Part shown: piece after piece, positions 61,221-64,000 of the stretch
Layout of the letters: each line of letters begins with the position of its first letter
How positions within the stretch are numbered: position 1 is the first letter of the stretch
NCBI GenBank assembly: GCA_963729625.1
Contig: CAVSOU010000009.1
Location: forward strand, 88,581 to 152,580
DNA length: 64,000 nt
Reading direction: 5' to 3'
Source of the DNA: an uncultured bacterium
GTDB taxonomy: Bacteria > Chloroflexota > UBA5177 > JANWHV01
Program-made: the position numbers and the translations under genes
The notes under the pieces: generated by a model
The model's database searches: none
Told to the model about the DNA's origin: nothing
Seen by the model: the letters and a program-made list of their open reading frames with translations, nothing else

Positions 61221-62255
61221 ATGCTTGTGCCTGCTTCACCGATGCCTGAATCGCTCAATGAAGGGCCGCCTGCCGCGCAGGTCGTAGCCGGCAGGGAAAG
61301 TCTCGACGCGTGGCTGGCAGCGCGGGCCGACCTGGTGCTGCGTTTGGGCCTGTTTATCATCATTGTCATAGCCGCGGTATTTTTCACCCTCAAGACCATT
61401 CAAACGGGGAACCTCAGCGACATCCGCCAGGCGACATTTGTCAGCACGGACAACTTGCAGAACATCGGCCGCCAGATGGCGGTAGTCGGGGTGATCGCGC
61501 TGGGCGAGACCTTCGTGATCATCACGGCCGGTATCGACCTCTCGGTCGGCTCCCTGCTGGGCCTGTGCGGCGTGCTCGCGGCCAATGCGATGGTGGACGG
61601 ATGGCCTGCCGCCCTGGTGGTATTCGTCATTCTGGCATTTGGCCTGGGAATCGGGCTGGTTAACGGGACGCTTGTCAACGTAGGCGGAATCCCTCCGTTT
61701 ATCGTGACCCTTGGCATGCTCGGTATCTTGCGAGGAATTGCGTATCTGACGACGAGCGGCCTGAACGTGGCGCTTCCGCTCAATCCAAGTGGCGACGCAG
61801 AGCCCTTCGCCGCCTGGGTTGACAATACGTTCCTCGGACTGCCCAACATATTCATTGTCCTTGCGGCCCTGGCGATCGTGGCGGGACTGTTCCTGCGCTA
61901 TACCCGGCGCGGCCGGTACATCTACTCGTTCGGGAGTAATCCTGAAGCGGCGCGCAGGTCAGGTATCAACGTTCGAGCGACCATTCTCACCGTGTACGCG
62001 GTAAGCGGCGTGATGGCCGCGGTGGCCGGGCTGCTTCTCACCGGACGGTTCGGCACTGCAAACCCCAACGCAGGGACGAGTTACGAGCTGGACGCAATTT
62101 CGGCCGCCGTGCTCGGCGGCGCCAGCCTGTTTGGGGCGCGGGGCTCGATCTTGGGGACGTTCCTCGGGGTGGTGCTGGTCAACATGCTGGCCAACGGCAT
62201 CGATTTGATCAACATTGATCCGCACATGCGAGGTGGTTTCAGGAGGAACCTCTAG
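61221..62255 (+). CDS. Sugar ABC transporter permease, C-terminally truncated at ~62226
   Basis: GIDLSVGS, PPFIVTLG, GSNPEAARRSGI, YELDAISAAVLGG; last TM helix missing after INIDPH. Confidence 0.88.
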   Translation: MLVPASPMPESLNEGPPAAQVVAGRESLDAWLAARADLVLRLGLFIIIVIAAVFFTLKTIQTGNLSDIRQATFVSTDNLQNIGRQMAVVGVIALGETFVIITAGIDLSVGSLLGLCGVLAANAMVDGWPAALVVFVILAFGLGIGLVNGTLVNVGGIPPFIVTLGMLGILRGIAYLTTSGLNVALPLNPSGDAEPFAAWVDNTFLGLPNIFIVLAALAIVAGLFLRYTRRGRYIYSFGSNPEAARRSGINVRATILTVYAVSGVMAAVAGLLLTGRFGTANPNAGTSYELDAISAAVLGGASLFGARGSILGTFLGVVLVNMLANGIDLINIDPHMRGGFRRNL

Positions 62256-64000
62256 CTCACCCGCAGTCGCTAGTTCTACGGGAACCATTAGCTTGGTGGC
62301 CGGCAATGTTAGCGGTTCTGCCGGGTACGAGGGGGATGGCGGTTCTGCCACGAGTTCGAATGTGCTCTTGAGTAGTCCAGATAACATCGCATTCGATTCC
62401 GTGGGCAACCTCTACTTTACAGATACAAATAACTGCGTGGTGCGCAAAGTAACTCCTGTTACTGCAGGAGGCATCATCACTACGGTGGCTGGCGCTACTA
62501 CGACTGCTGATGGTGTCACAACACCTGGCACCCCCTTATCCACATGCGGTAGTACAAGCGGAAATTACTCAGGTGACGGAGGCTTGGCAACCAGCGCAGC
62601 ATTGGACAATCCCACAGGCATCGCCGTGGATTCGTCCGGCAACATCTATGTTGATGACGAGAGAAATCATCGCACGCGCGTCTTTGTTCAGCTCAAGTCG
62701 ACACCCACAGTCTCGGCATGGCCGACGGCATCGCCTATCACTTATGGCCAGACGTTAGCTTCTTCGACTCTGACCGGCGGTACGGCCTTGGTTGCGGGCA
62801 GCTTTGCATGGACCACGCCAACCACTGTTCCCGGCGCAGGTACCGCATCTCAGAGTGCAACCTTCACGCCAACAGACACGGCCAATATCAACACGGTTAC
62901 TGCAACGGTCTCGCTGACGGTGTCGGCGTTGACGCAGTCCACCTCTGGCAACGTCGGTGTCGGAACAACCTCCCCGATTGCAACATTACAAGTTGGTAAC
63001 GGCAGCACAAGCGCCGCGCAGGCCCTCTATGTGGACAGCAATCTCAATGGAAATACTGTGAGCGCGCTTGGTCCGGGAGCATGGATCGAATGGAATGGAA
63101 TTTCGGGCACCGGCGATGCAGCCGCAGGCATGACTGACTTCGTCAATAACGAGGGCGGTGGAACAGGCGGCTGGCAGTTCATCAATACGAACGCCAGCGG
63201 TACACCCATCAATCCGCCAGCGATGGTGATCCAAGGAACTTCTGGGAGTGTCGGAATCGGCAATGCGGCACCCGCTTTTAAGCTCGATGTAGCTGGCCAG
63301 ATCAATTCCTCTGTCGGATTATCTGTGAATGGAACATCTGTAATCAACGCAAGCGGAGCCTGGGTTGGCTCTCCTACCGGTCTTGTCGGCCCTCAAGGAC
63401 CAGTAGGAGCAACCGGCCAACAAGGCACAGCAGGCGCAACCGGACCGGCAGGGGCCAGTCCGTGGGTTCTCTCTGGCTCAAACGCCTATTACACCGCTGG
63501 CATGATTGGGATTGGGACGATTACCCCGACCACCGTTCTTGATGTGGAATCCAGCACAAATACATTATTAACAGTTGGTTCATCTTCGAATGGAAATTTT
63601 GCGGGTCTGAAATATCTCAGCAATAATTCTGATGGGACGGCAAATAATTGGCTGGCCGGGCCAGGAATCAGCGCTAATAACGCTTGGCAAATTGCAAATA
63701 TCAATAGTGGTGGTTGGGGTTCCACTCTCTTTTCGATTGGTTCCTCCGGCAACGTCGGCATCGGAACGACGAACCCAACATATAAGCTCGATGTGGCTGG
63801 GCAAGTCCACACCTCCAGCGGATACGTCTTTGCGGATGGCAGCATCCAGACTACGGCCTACACAGGAACCTGCGGCGGCGACTATGCCGAGACAGTGGAT
63901 GTGGCCGGAGACCGGAAGAGCTACGAACCCGGCGACGTGCTTGTGATCGGCGCGGAGAGCGGCTCCGATGTCCTCAAGTCTGCCGAACCTTACTCCACAC
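62230..64000 (+). CDS. Partial large extracellular/fibre-like protein (NHL repeats, Ig-like module, GNVGIGTTxP repeats, collagen-like stretch, DYAE module); lacks both ends
   Basis: Manual translation: frame open from 62209 to the window end; GDGGLATSAALDNPTGIAVDSSGNIY, PITYGQTL, GNVGIGTTNP, GGDYAETVD. Confidence 0.88.
63379..63459 (+). repeat. Collagen-like (Gly-X-Y)9 coding repeat
   Basis: GLV GPQ GPV GAT GQQ GTA GAT GPA GAS. Confidence 0.85.

Noticed and set aside
1-64000. Numerous long antisense or overlapping ORFs (e.g. 8063..9400, 24999..26336, 42431..43927)
   Set aside because: Shadows of GC-rich genes; no motifs, and they overlap well-supported CDSs
1-64000. CRISPR arrays, tRNA/rRNA, transposases, integrases
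   Set aside because: No repeat-spacer periodicity, cloverleaf or DDE/tyrosine recombinase motifs were seen by eye; a covariance search was not possible
62230-64000. Prophage
   Set aside because: Only one partial fibre-like gene; no integrase, att site or other phage genes in the window

Overview
GC-rich bacterial DNA (lineage not determinable; a Chloroflexota-like soil bacterium is a guess) devoted mostly to monosaccharide and polyol catabolism. It has three sugar ABC systems, an L-rhamnose locus (two DeoR regulators, rhaTPQS-type ABC, rhaB, rhaI, rhaM), an L-fucose isomerase/3-epimerase/dehydrogenase operon under LacI control, and many SDR/MDR/Gfo-Idh-MocA oxidoreductases. The main candidate for an undescribed system is a 7-gene module directly after rhaM (33358-44476): a PHP metalloenzyme, a class II aldolase fused to an SrlD-like dehydrogenase, a SorE-like ketose-1-phosphate reductase, E2/E3/fused-E1 of a TPP/lipoate dehydrogenase complex, and an HxpB-like hexitol phosphatase. 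I infer that it flips 6-deoxy-ketose-1-phosphates into acetoin-like 1-deoxy-ketose-6-phosphates and cleaves them oxidatively to acetyl-CoA plus tetrose-4-phosphate; this is untested. Also present: a P450 plus PAL-like lyase pair, a URO-D-family gene inside the rha operon, an rpe remnant, a kinase/dehydrogenase deletion scar and three single-base frameshifts. At ~62226 an abrupt junction leads into foreign-looking DNA that encodes an NHL/collagen/fibre-like protein missing from the ORF track. No rRNA, tRNA, CRISPR array or transposase was recognised. All family calls come from motif recognition, not database searches.
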